A stretch of DNA of 62,568 bases, filler included, from Stramenopiles sp. TOSAG23-6 (Eukaryota), in assembly GCA_900128565.1 (NCBI GenBank). It is 4 parts of 4 records of this genome, joined end to end, with 100 filler letters (N's around TTAATTAATTAA, not from the genome) between each part and the next. Parts side by side here need not be neighbours in the genome. Positions count along the whole stretch, not along the records: positions 47,085 to 62,568 come from LT636114.1; 3 more parts are not named here. One strand, given 5' to 3'. Numbering within the stretch: position 1 is the first letter of the stretch; each line of letters begins with the position of its first letter. Below the pieces are notes generated by a model, which was given only the letters and a program-made list of their open reading frames with translations, made no database searches and was not told where the DNA came from. Below are positions 53,801-62,568 of this stretch, one piece after another. The position numbers and the translations under genes were made by a program.

Positions 53801-55566
53801 GTCCTACGAAAAAAAGAAAACCCATAAATAAAACTAGTAAAACTAAAAACTCAGAATTATTATTGTTACAAAAAAGACTATCGGATACAAATATAAACAA
53901 TGGCATGTCAGCGATGATGTATGCTGCACAAAAGGGATTGCTTAAGATTGTAAAACTTCTAGTTAATTCTGGGGCCAACATAAAAGAGACTGACAAGAAG
54001 CAAAATACAGCACTTCATTATTCATATTCAAAAGGCCAAGAAATGGTATCGAATTTTCTTTGTCAATATCCTAGTGGTTTGCAATGTTTAACCATATCAA
54101 ACTCAATGAAACAAACACCAGTTCATTTAGGAGCCATATATACTAAACGAGTCAGTGCCACAAGTAGTAGAAATATAAAACAATTGGGCAAATTTCATAC
54201 TAAAACCAAAAGGACTAAATCGACAAAAATATCAAAAAAAAGCAAACGAAATAGATCAAAAGGTTGCAAAAATACCAAAAATACCAAAAATAATACAAAG
54301 AAAAAGTGCAATAAATTACCAAATGGATGGAAGCCTCTCCCACTTGAATTATTGGCAGCTGCGAGTCTTGGAGACCTTGAAACTGTAGAAATATTGTTGA
54401 ATTCAGGTGCAGATGTAAACGAAAAAGATAGAAACGGTCAAACTAGTTTAATGGTTGCTTCTAGACGAGGATATTTAGATATGATAAAACTTCTTATTAA
54501 AAACCACGCAGAAGTTGATTTGGTAGATTTTCAATTGAATAATATTCTACATTTTGCGGCAAAAAATGGCCATTTTGCTGTAACTAGATGGCTACTAGGT
54601 GCAGGCGGTGCAGAAAAGTGTGCAATTGGTCGTAACAATCTCTTACGAACTCCTGCACAAGTAGCATCAACTGAGCCAATAAAGAAAGTATTACACATGC
54701 ATGCTCAAAAGATACAATCAAATTTACGTCTAGCGCAATTAAATGGTGAAGACTCTATAGTTATCAAGAATAATGGAAATCAATCATTACACTCAAAATC
54801 TGATAGTCTGCCAAAGATAAAATCTTCACCCAGGTCGCCTTCATCGTCACCCCGTACGAAGGTACATTTATCGAAGGCTTCCAGGAGAGCCAATGCATTG
54901 TTTAAACGCGTAATGTTAGAACAAAATCAGAAAATGCTTCGTGAAGCTATCAATGCATCGAAAGCAAAAGAAGATCGACGAATTCGCCGATTAGATTTCG
55001 CCACTACAGATGGAGAACTTGATCGATTAGAAAAGTTACATACATTACAACGTGAATCTGAACAAAATGAAATCATTGCACTCATCAAATTATCCGGACC
55101 CGAGTATCACGTCCCTGTAAGAAGTCCAAGAAGTCCTCGATATGGACTTCGATTTGGTGCTCCAATCCAAGAATCTAATAAAAAAAGTAAATATAGAACA
55201 AATACATTAGCTGGGAGAAAACGCGTGATGGAAGAAAAATTACGAGATTTAAAATATGTAGAAAATGAATTATTTGATATTGTGGAAGATAAACTCCAAC
55301 TGCGCAAATTATGGAAAGAATTGGATAAAAGAGGATCTGGGAAAATTAAGATTCCAGATCTAGCATATTTGTTAAAGCAAAGATGGCCTTTACTTTCAAG
55401 CAAAAACGTGGTACAAAACGCGTATAAAGAAGTAATTTTAGGTACTCAAAGAATGAGTTCGCCAGCGCAAGAAGTCGAAAAACACGAATTTCCGGCCATG
55501 CTACGGAACCTCCTCCATTTTACAAAGGAAATGATTATTGCTGAGAGTAAGATTAAGAGGAAATAA
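50884..55566 (+). CDS. Large ankyrin-repeat protein with an internal duplication, IQ-like motif, His-rich repeats and a C-terminal EF-hand-like region
   Basis: Ankyrin motifs TPLMYAC, TALHYS, TSLMVAS, NILHFAA; LIQKHARGKALR; SHHWFHH repeats; LDKRGSGKIKIPDL. Confidence 0.82.
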   Translation: MGDDEEALGASSDYTEDEYDVDPLHVTRLTEFYTKYDPTQIKNVGIILQKVHGKEEQLFVALNKKYNVKEVVSQDDGFVKENDSSEYTASEDEEEIDPPASTIIAAEPETTNNSSEYTASEDEEEIIDPPASKIIAAEPVVDGKRPVTGKGHILPKAAANSIANHEGIDNETFESYWESIAGVGATTISEGLLYKSINSIRSATKKTMIXKGTARHYAIDHGMSVDTFDLHWEDIAGSNATEIEKKELYNAVQRLSSSASNTNVNIDQAASERVVTGKGHILPKAAANSIANHEGIDNETFESYWESIAGIGATTISEGLLYKSINSIRSATKKTMIPKGTARHYAIDHGMSVDTFDLHWEDIAGSNATEIEKKELYNAVQRLYTKTGDEQSKMSLLESNITLEHKVENVVQPNKDRSNVVTDNTKPTPSQANHYSKKGKHKLVKTKHKELIAKIIDSGAHPALRQLLERKCIISGKKKLLIVHHEVFGQIVYISMLNIPKKVGDVGTTCSITGTSFKRLLGYSPELLCYSKSPAARDSYTKILLSVLNLSIDQEVLSLNSSRHNQDTNLEELDGIAKKKGGKSKLRSAVKKINHCQFIDIKMPWAFDTQTEEEQYSITLIQKHARGKALRLSMQRSQLKDNTQTSNESNQHTTRIKHKQNIVIKNNTEISNKQNSHKSHHWFHHKKQEQTPKKSHKSYHHWFHHKQNGDSPEKSHHWFHHKHSGESSEKSHHWFHHKHHDESPENSQQTNGIICKDNISIANNTEILDKEPKSQNVSLNYTPNYIPELSFDCLHSKIKDVRKTITEGADVNECDSYMCTPLMYACWGGSVDIVKILLDSGANLRAVNQRGNFAVHIAFERNHVKLIEYFQDLPAAKVCLQFRNRYNKEPRALTKLKKFKPKTQPPLVKPKEDIPKPGKLASMVKMNNWKEVKKMVGLIREYYLYSEQERKRKSRYKGETFLKCNTTPKISEGPTKKRKPINKTSKTKNSELLLLQKRLSDTNINNGMSAMMYAAQKGLLKIVKLLVNSGANIKETDKKQNTALHYSYSKGQEMVSNFLCQYPSGLQCLTISNSMKQTPVHLGAIYTKRVSATSSRNIKQLGKFHTKTKRTKSTKISKKSKRNRSKGCKNTKNTKNNTKKKCNKLPNGWKPLPLELLAAASLGDLETVEILLNSGADVNEKDRNGQTSLMVASRRGYLDMIKLLIKNHAEVDLVDFQLNNILHFAAKNGHFAVTRWLLGAGGAEKCAIGRNNLLRTPAQVASTEPIKKVLHMHAQKIQSNLRLAQLNGEDSIVIKNNGNQSLHSKSDSLPKIKSSPRSPSSSPRTKVHLSKASRRANALFKRVMLEQNQKMLREAINASKAKEDRRIRRLDFATTDGELDRLEKLHTLQRESEQNEIIALIKLSGPEYHVPVRSPRSPRYGLRFGAPIQESNKKSKYRTNTLAGRKRVMEEKLRDLKYVENELFDIVEDKLQLRKLWKELDKRGSGKIKIPDLAYLLKQRWPLLSSKNVVQNAYKEVILGTQRMSSPAQEVEKHEFPAMLRNLLHFTKEMIIAESKIKRK

Positions 55567-56080
55567 ACTTAAATGATCAAATTAACTTTACAATTATCAC
55601 CATTTTGATATGAAATATTTCTTATTTATTTTCGTCTTGTTTGGCTTGGCGTTCATCTTTCTGTGGCTAAAGCGAAGTTAACTCGAAATGTATTTCCTTT
55701 TCGTTGGGTGCTTTTTTATTCACATAAGCCGCTAAAATCACAGAATCATCCTTTGCTTTTTGTTTGTCTATATTTTCTGATTCTTAGAATACTATGTTAA
55801 CTTTGGTGAGGTAATACTTGGCCATACTTAGACTTTACTCTATATAGTCGATAGTGATATCAAATTATACGCGGAAGCTAGTTGTATAATAGTACGTACG
55901 TAGTTGGCCAAAATAGTACGAATTTTTGGTACGGATTGCTAAAGATTCGGAGATTTTTGATCTTTGATTTTCAAAAATCAGTTACACATTCAACGGATTT
56001 CTTTCTTTTTGTAGTCAAATCAAAGTCGTCAACAGTAACTGAAATAGCCGTACTGCGTAGCTTTCAAAAATTCGCGAGTA

Positions 56081-58864
56081 ATGTCTCATTCATTCTTTGC
56101 TCTTCTTGTCATTATATTTACATGTATACCACATGATGCGGAAGCTTGCTATATGAATAAAGAGAGTGGCAAGTTTTGCTCTCACGCCGGATATTGTAAA
56201 CAGATGGTCTGTGAGTGTTGGAACGGATTCGAAGGTCCAGCTTGTGAAAAGAGAAAGTGTCCGATGGGTAAGGCTTGGGGTGATAGTGCCATTGGAGTAG
56301 ATGATGCTCATAATCTTGCTGTATGTTCTAATCGTGGTCATTGTAATACAGAAACAGGGTCTTGTGAGTGTTTACCCGGGTATGAGGGTGATTCATGTAA
56401 TAGACTTAGTTGTCCAGGTACTCCTGTATGCAATGGACACGGTCGTTGTCTTTCACAACAGCGCATGTCCCAGGAAATCTTTGACATGAAATATAACTTC
56501 TGGGATGCTGATATGATTTATGGATGTGTTTGTGATGACTTATGGGAAGGGTATGATTGTAGTTTACGTACATGTCCTACGGGAGACGACGTCATGTACG
56601 TTTTCCAAAATTGTTCAAAATTGGATGTAAAATATTTTTTTTTTTTTGAAAAACAAAACGTATCTAACAAAAACAACTTAATTTAAAATATATTTTCTAC
56701 AATACATGACAACTGAACAAGTAAATGAGATTCAATACATCAAATGTGATACACAAAATTCTGTATTTCAAAAGACACATTTTTATATAGGATTTCGTCG
56801 ACATTGGACAAGGGCCATACATTATGACGATTCTGAGGCAGATGTCACACGCAAATTAGAAGAGCTTCCATCAATCGAAAAAGTATTAGTTACTTTTCAA
56901 AATCAAAATGATTCTGCGAGTAAACGTGTCGTTGACCCAAACCAAGGTGAAATAAATGTACCAATGGCATGTGCAGATGATAAGAATGGAGATTCTAATA
57001 AAGAAGCACAGATTATTGCCATTCAATTCCTTCGCCAATTTGGTGATTTGCCTCCACTCATAGTAAGTTCGCCAACACCTCATGGCCCAACAGTCAGTGT
57101 TGCATGTAAGACTGAAAATATTTGGTTTCAATGTCCAAATGAAAAATTTGTTTTGACTTCTTCAGATGGTTCGACAAATTATGTACCAATTATGGGTACA
57201 AAAGAGGAATCTACGTGTGCTGGTCGAGGCTCTTGTGACACTTCTTCAGGAAATTGTACATGTTATTACCCTTTTCAATCATCTGATGGAGATGGTCCAA
57301 GAATACCAAAAGCAGATTCTCCACGAACTCCTAATGAAGGTATTAGGGGAGAATGTGGTTTTAAATCGCCAAATGGAGCTGTCTATACTTGCCCTGGGGA
57401 GATTCCATGTATGGGCCACGGTGTGTGTAGCTATGCGCCTCGATATGAGTGTCAATGTAACACAGGCTACACGGGTCCAGCATGCAATTTGAGAACGTGT
57501 CCTTATGGAAAGGCATGGTTTGGTGCACCGGAAGATGATCATAACTCACATGCTTTAATGGAATGTTCAAATCGAGGTATTTGTGAGAGAGATTCAGGTT
57601 TATGTTTTTGCCAAAGTATGTTTTCAGGAAATGCTTGTGATAATATGAAATGTCCGGTATCTTTAGAACAGGAAGATTTGGGAATGTGTTCAGGTCATGG
57701 CGATTGTATCTTTATGCATGAGATGGCAAAAATAGCATTAGATAATGGCGATGCTACGGACTATTCGTATGGCGACAAGCCATCTGACGAAAGTACTTGG
57801 GATTTCGATCAAGTGAAAGTGTGCTCTTGTGATCCAGGATTCACTGGTATTGATTGTTCTAAGCGAAAATGTCCTACCACTGATGACAAGAATACACCCG
57901 GATTCAATGAAGTTCAAGAAATCAAATGCGGTGTTGTGTATGTTTCATCACCTCAAGAAAACCTCGGTTGTTTTGATATTGCGCTTAATAAACGTCTTGG
58001 ATTTTATGGTCACTTAAACAATCAAGGAGATGATACTTTTGGCATTACTCTCACTGAACAAACTTTAAACTTTGCTTTAAATGCTTGCTTAGAAAAAGGA
58101 GCAGAATGTATTGGGGTTTTAAAATCACGTGAAACTGATTCGGAAGGAAACCTATTGGATCGAAAGGACGATGGAAGTTGGAGTTATGTATATGATTTAA
58201 GGAAGACTGGGTCCGGAGTTGAGCCAACACTTTATGATCAACCATTGGAAACTTCATATGTTCGAGCAGCATGTGAATACAGTTTATTTTTTCGGCAAAA
58301 GGAGACAAGAAAGTTTGATGTGACAACATCTCTTGATGAAGTCCAAGCGGAATTGAATAAATTAACAACAATTCATGGCGGTTTAGTCATTACAAATTAC
58401 GGAGACCCCAATGAAGGATTGTGTCCTCTTAATAAAAGTGGCGATTCAAAAATCAATACATGGAGAATTGAATTTAAAAAGACGCATGGTGATTTGCCAA
58501 AGGTGAAATTTCTAGGTAATGATTACGGTTTTATTGGATCAGATGATTATACTACAAACAATCCATTCTTACCTGCTACGGTGGAGGAAATTGTGAAAGG
58601 AACAAAAGAAAATGCTGAGTGTGGTAATCATGGATTGTGTAACTATAACACTGGCATGTGTGAATGTTATGATGTACGTTTTCATCCTTTAATTTCAATT
58701 TTTTTTTGTACCAAATTTTGTACCTAACAAATTTCGAATTTCAAATATTTTTCACAATATATGGTTATGCTGCATCTGACGGTGATGGTGGAAAAGGACC
58801 CATTGAAGATTGTGGATATAAAACACCATTTACTAGTGGTGGTGGTGATGATGATGATGAATAG
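56081..58864 (+). CDS. Secreted EGF-repeat protein, SIG1/Ocm1 mastigoneme-protein-like; exons 56081-56595, 56708-58673, 58763-58864
   Basis: Signal peptide; repeated CPxGKAW..AH..CSNRG.C...G.C.C, WD..C.CD..G.DCS.R.CP..DD units; spliced end CECYD-GYAASDG..DCGY. Confidence 0.8.
56596..56707 (+). other. GT-AT intron (family)
   Basis: GTACGTTTT...CGTATCTAAC...TACAATACAT; joins GDDVM-TTEQVNEIQ. Confidence 0.85.
58674..58762 (+). other. GT-AT intron (family)
   Basis: GTACGTTTT...TGTACCTAAC...CACAATATAT; removal restores CECYD-GY. Confidence 0.88.
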
Positions 58865-59092
58865 ATCAATGGATGTTTTATATTATTATAAATTGACTTC
58901 AACAATGATTTTATGATTAACCTTTTTTTAATCATCAACTTTAGAAAGAAAGCAATTTTAGGTGGTTATTGAAGAAGAGAAGAAGAGGAAAAAAACAAAT
59001 TTTTATAAAATTTCAAAATATTTTTTTTTAATCAAAATTATTATTTATATTCTTACTCTTCAATATATATATATATTACAGTTATATATTTT

Positions 59093-60148
59093 TTATGAAA
59101 AAAAACGACGAATACATTTTTTTGATTGTTTATTACCGGCATTAGCAGATTTAGTGAACCACTTAAAAGCTTCTTTTTTGTCTACAGCAACACCGTCACC
59201 ATGAAAATAACAACGACCAACTTTATATTGTGCACCAGTTCTACCAGCATTAGCTGATTTAGTATACCACTTAAAAGCTTCTTTTTTGTCTTCAGCAACA
59301 CCTTCACCAGAAAAATAACATTTACCAAGATTGAATTGTGCTCTAGTATTACCAGCATTTGCAGCCTTAGTAAACCACTTGAAAGCTTCTTTTTTGTCTA
59401 CATCAACACCATAACCAACAGCATAGCGTTTACCAAGCATATATTGTGCAGTACTATGACCAGCATTAGCTGATTTAGTAAACCACTTGAAAGCTTCTTT
59501 TTTATCTTCGGCAACACCACGACCAAAAAAATAACAATTACCAAGATTGAATTGTGCTATGCTATTACCAGCATTTGCAGCCTCAGTAAACCACTTGAAA
59601 GCTTCTTTTTCATTTTCGGCAACACCATCACCAATTAAATAGCAACAACCAACTTTATTTTGTGTCTCACTATCACCAGCATTAGCAGCCTTAGTAAACC
59701 ACTTGAAAGCTTCTTTTTTATCTTCGGCAACACCATGACCATGATTATAGCAACAACCAAGATTGAATTGTGCGTTACTATTACCAGCATTTGCAGCCTT
59801 AGTATACCACTCGAAAGCTTCTTTTTTATCTACAGCAACACCTTCACCATAATCATAGCAACAACCAAGATTGAATTGTGCGTCACTATCACCAACATTA
59901 GCTAATTCAATATATCTCGTAAAATCTTGCATATGTTTGAATGCAACACATTGTGATTTAATATTAAGGTTTGGCACAAGATTTTCATGCGGCAACACTA
60001 CGTTTGTTAAAGGCGATGTACTTTTTGTACGAAAGTGTCGCAAAATTGCATCTCGTTCATACGTATGACCATCAGCAGTACAAACTGGATCATCAAATAT
60101 TTCCAATGTTATAGGGCAGCAAAGGTCATTTGGTACTAGCTGTGCCAT
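59093..60148 (-). CDS. U-box plus Sel1-like repeat protein
   Basis: CPITLEIFDDPV..ADGHTYER..SPLTN..LVPN; about seven 36-aa AQFNLG..Y..G.GV..DKKEAFKW.TK.ANAG repeats. Confidence 0.92.
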   Translation of the reverse strand: MAQLVPNDLCCPITLEIFDDPVCTADGHTYERDAILRHFRTKSTSPLTNVVLPHENLVPNLNIKSQCVAFKHMQDFTRYIELANVGDSDAQFNLGCCYDYGEGVAVDKKEAFEWYTKAANAGNSNAQFNLGCCYNHGHGVAEDKKEAFKWFTKAANAGDSETQNKVGCCYLIGDGVAENEKEAFKWFTEAANAGNSIAQFNLGNCYFFGRGVAEDKKEAFKWFTKSANAGHSTAQYMLGKRYAVGYGVDVDKKEAFKWFTKAANAGNTRAQFNLGKCYFSGEGVAEDKKEAFKWYTKSANAGRTGAQYKVGRCYFHGDGVAVDKKEAFKWFTKSANAGNKQSKKCIRRFFS

Positions 60149-60456
60149 TCTGCTTCAATGTGCAGTTCTCTTCACGTCGTGCTACTCGTACCGAAGAGAT
60201 TAGTATACTAGAAAAAGAAATATAATAGCATTTCCTTGGCTTGGGTAAGCACGACGACACAATCCATGACTGGTCAAGCAAACGCAATTTTTGACATCCT
60301 CCTCTGATCGATCGATCTGGATGAGATTTTGATTGATGCTGCACTTCGACTTGACTTCGACTAAATATTATTTTAGTCGATTCTCTATTCCTATTGTGAT
60401 AACTAATTAGATTCCCATAGTTTAGATCTATACGTGGTAGATTTGTATTACTATCA

Positions 60457-62496
60457 ATGTCGGACGATAAAAGGTCCCCATCATTGAGTATCTCCACGTA
60501 TCCGAGTGCTACTAATGATGGACAAAGTTCTACCGAAAATAAACTGAAATCTCCTTGCACCCGAATTATGGAAAGCATGATCGACTCATACCCACCAGAG
60601 CTTCGGAAATTATTACAGCCAGGTCGGCGTAGTAGCTTATTATCTTCGTTACACGGAGACGAAGAGTCATTATTAGATAGTAACGATGAGTGTTCTCTAT
60701 CGCAGAATCCGTACAGAGAAAGTGATATCGATAGTCCAATTACAAAGAGTTTTCGCAAGCGTAATAATTTCCGTCGTTTACGTCGTGTGATTAGTTCAAG
60801 CTCTTCTGATGAGGAGGAGGACATGAAATCATGTAGTGATATCTATAATAATAAATATCCTACAAAAAACACGGAAAAGAGTTTTGTTGTTGGAAAATCT
60901 CCTTTTCAGAGAGACGAAACCTTACTTGCAATGGAAGATACAATAACAACGCAAATGGGTGATGGACCATGTCAAGTTCCAATACATTTGAAAAATAACG
61001 ATGTTTCCATGAGTGAGAATAGTTATGAATTTGATGAAAATTCTATTTCATCTAAAAGTGCAATACATGTCAGTGACCTGGAAGATGGACTGGAACGTTT
61101 AAAAATTGAGCAAAAGGAAAACGAAGCTGATGCTAATTTTATTGTCAGTGATAGTGATTTTAGTGCTTTAGAGGAATTACTCAGTGATAATGATCATCTA
61201 AATAGTAATAGTGATGATGATAATCATCTAAATAGTGATAGTAATGATCATTATCTAAATAGTAATAGTGATGATAATCATCTAAATAATAGTAACAATA
61301 GTAATAAAGATCATTATCTAAATGATAAGAGTAATAAAGATCATAATCTAAATGATAAGAGTAATAAAGATTATAATCTAAATGATAATAGTAATGATAC
61401 TATTGATTGCCAAAACAATATTAATGATATTAATAGTAATAGCCCAAAGTCGCCATTAAACCTTATAAAACTTGGTGTTATTAATCGCAAATTGTATGAT
61501 AAATTATTTCCACATCAACGGGATGGCGTTCTTTGGATTTGGAAGCATTGGCTAAAATGTCCACTTATTAAAGATGGTGGTGGTGGAGGTGTATTAGCTG
61601 ACGAGATGGGATTAGGAAAAACTGTCCAAACATCCGTTTTTATAGACATGTACATTTTCATTTCAATTTCGAAATTATTTTTTTTTTCGTACGAAATGTC
61701 GTACCTAACGATTTTTTTTTTTTAAATATTTTTTCATAATTCATGATATTCCGTCAACGTGAACTTGGTGAAATTTGTAATGGTGAAAAAACGTATTCTA
61801 ATGCAAGAGTTTTAATAGTTTTACCCAAATCTGTACTTGAACATTGGCGATCAACAGTAACTAAATGGTGTCCAACAAATCCTCTTCGAGTTGTTTTTCA
61901 TGTACATTTTCATGATTCATTTCAAAATTATTTTGTTTTTGTACTACAAAATATGTAATACCTAACGGTTTTTGTGTACCAAAAAAAAAAAAAAAAAAAA
62001 AAAAAAATATTTTTTCACAATGTAGGGTCAAAAAAAAAAGAGAGAAATGAGTTTGAATAATGTTGTTCGATTTGGAGGTATTTGTTTCACTACGTATGGT
62101 ATGTTACACCGAAGTGTTGATAAATTGTCTTTCCTTGATGAATTTGGTGACACAGATGAATCCTTGTATTGGGATTTAATTGTTCTTGATGAAGCGCAAA
62201 GAGTAAAAAATCCAGATAGTTTAGCAGCACGAGCATTGTTTAATATTCCCTCACGATTTCGGCTTTTGTTGACGGGTACGCCTATACAAAATAATTTAAT
62301 GGAAGGATGGGCTTTATTCGCACAGGCAGGGATTTCTCTTGGAGCAGGTAAGGAATTCCACGCTGATTTTGAATCGCCCATTAAAGCAGGTCTAAAAACT
62401 GATGCTGAACAGTTTTGTAAAAGAAGGGCTGAATTTTTATTAATCGAACTTCGCTCTTTACTTGAACCTTTTATTCTTCGGCGACTGAAAGCAAAT
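60457..62496 (+). CDS. SNF2-family ATPase, ERCC6L/PICH-like, 3'-partial; exons 60457-61649, 61745-61901, 62026-62496
   Basis: LYDKLFPHQRDGV, GGVLADEMGLGKTVQ, TTYGML, WDLIVLDEAQRVKN, LLTGTPIQNNLME, PFILRRLK. Confidence 0.88.
61650..61744 (+). other. GT-AT intron (family)
   Basis: GTACATTTT...CGTACGAAA..CGTACCTAAC...CATAATTCAT. Confidence 0.85.
61902..62025 (+). other. Family intron ending in canonical AG
   Basis: GTACATTTT...TACCTAAC...AAATATTTTTTCACAATGTAG; joins VVFH-GQKKKRE. Confidence 0.85.
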
Positions 62497-62568
62497 GTAC
62501 GTTTTCATTATGAATTTCGAATTTATTTTTTTTTCGTACGAAATTTTGTACCTAACAAATTTCGAATT
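62497..62568 (+). other. 5' part of a family intron at the window end
   Basis: GTACGTTTTCAT...CGTACGAAATTTTGTACCTAAC. Confidence 0.82.

Noticed and set aside
60126-60824. 232-aa minus-strand ORF, and the many other short overlapping ORFs in the track
   Set aside because: Antisense or alternate-frame shadows of supported genes, with no recognisable motifs.
1-62568. Dispersed repeat read as a CRISPR array or prokaryotic repeat
   Set aside because: Copies are irregularly spaced, lie inside eukaryotic genes in sense orientation, and no cas genes are present.
1-62568. Alternative genetic code or programmed frameshifting as the cause of broken ORFs
   Set aside because: TAA, TAG and TGA all end genes normally, and intron removal explains most breaks.

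Overview
AT-rich, gene-dense eukaryotic nuclear DNA using the standard genetic code. It is probably from a flagellated stramenopile; this is an inference from a SIG1/Ocm1-like mastigoneme-type EGF protein and ciliary genes. The window is four contigs joined by artificial N-TTAATTAATTAA-N linkers. About 30 protein genes are present, mostly in head-to-head pairs, including BMS1, MMS19, a NEK kinase, PDXK, an SLC49-like MFS transporter, a VPS9 protein, ARP4, SLY1, DCAF15-like, PIGB, ODAD1-like and an ERCC6L-like SNF2 ATPase. The main discovery is a family of about 30 sequence-related introns (complete copies 89-148 nt) with consensus GTAYGTTTT...TTTTTCGTACGAAATTTTGTACCTAAC...AAATATTTTTYCACAATACAT. 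Nearly all end in AT instead of AG. Removing GT...AT restores the reading frame and conserved motifs in BMS1, NEK, G-patch, VPS9, MFS, GST, MMS19 and EGF genes. Most copies sit directly after an exonic AT and have GTAT...ATAC inverted ends, which resembles introner (transposon-derived) elements. One member ends in AG and one in GT at the same register. An unrelated GT-AT intron sits in the same gene as a canonical GT-AG intron. Together this suggests a splicing system that routinely accepts AT 3' splice sites. All splice calls are inferred from reading frame and remembered protein-family motifs, not from transcript data.
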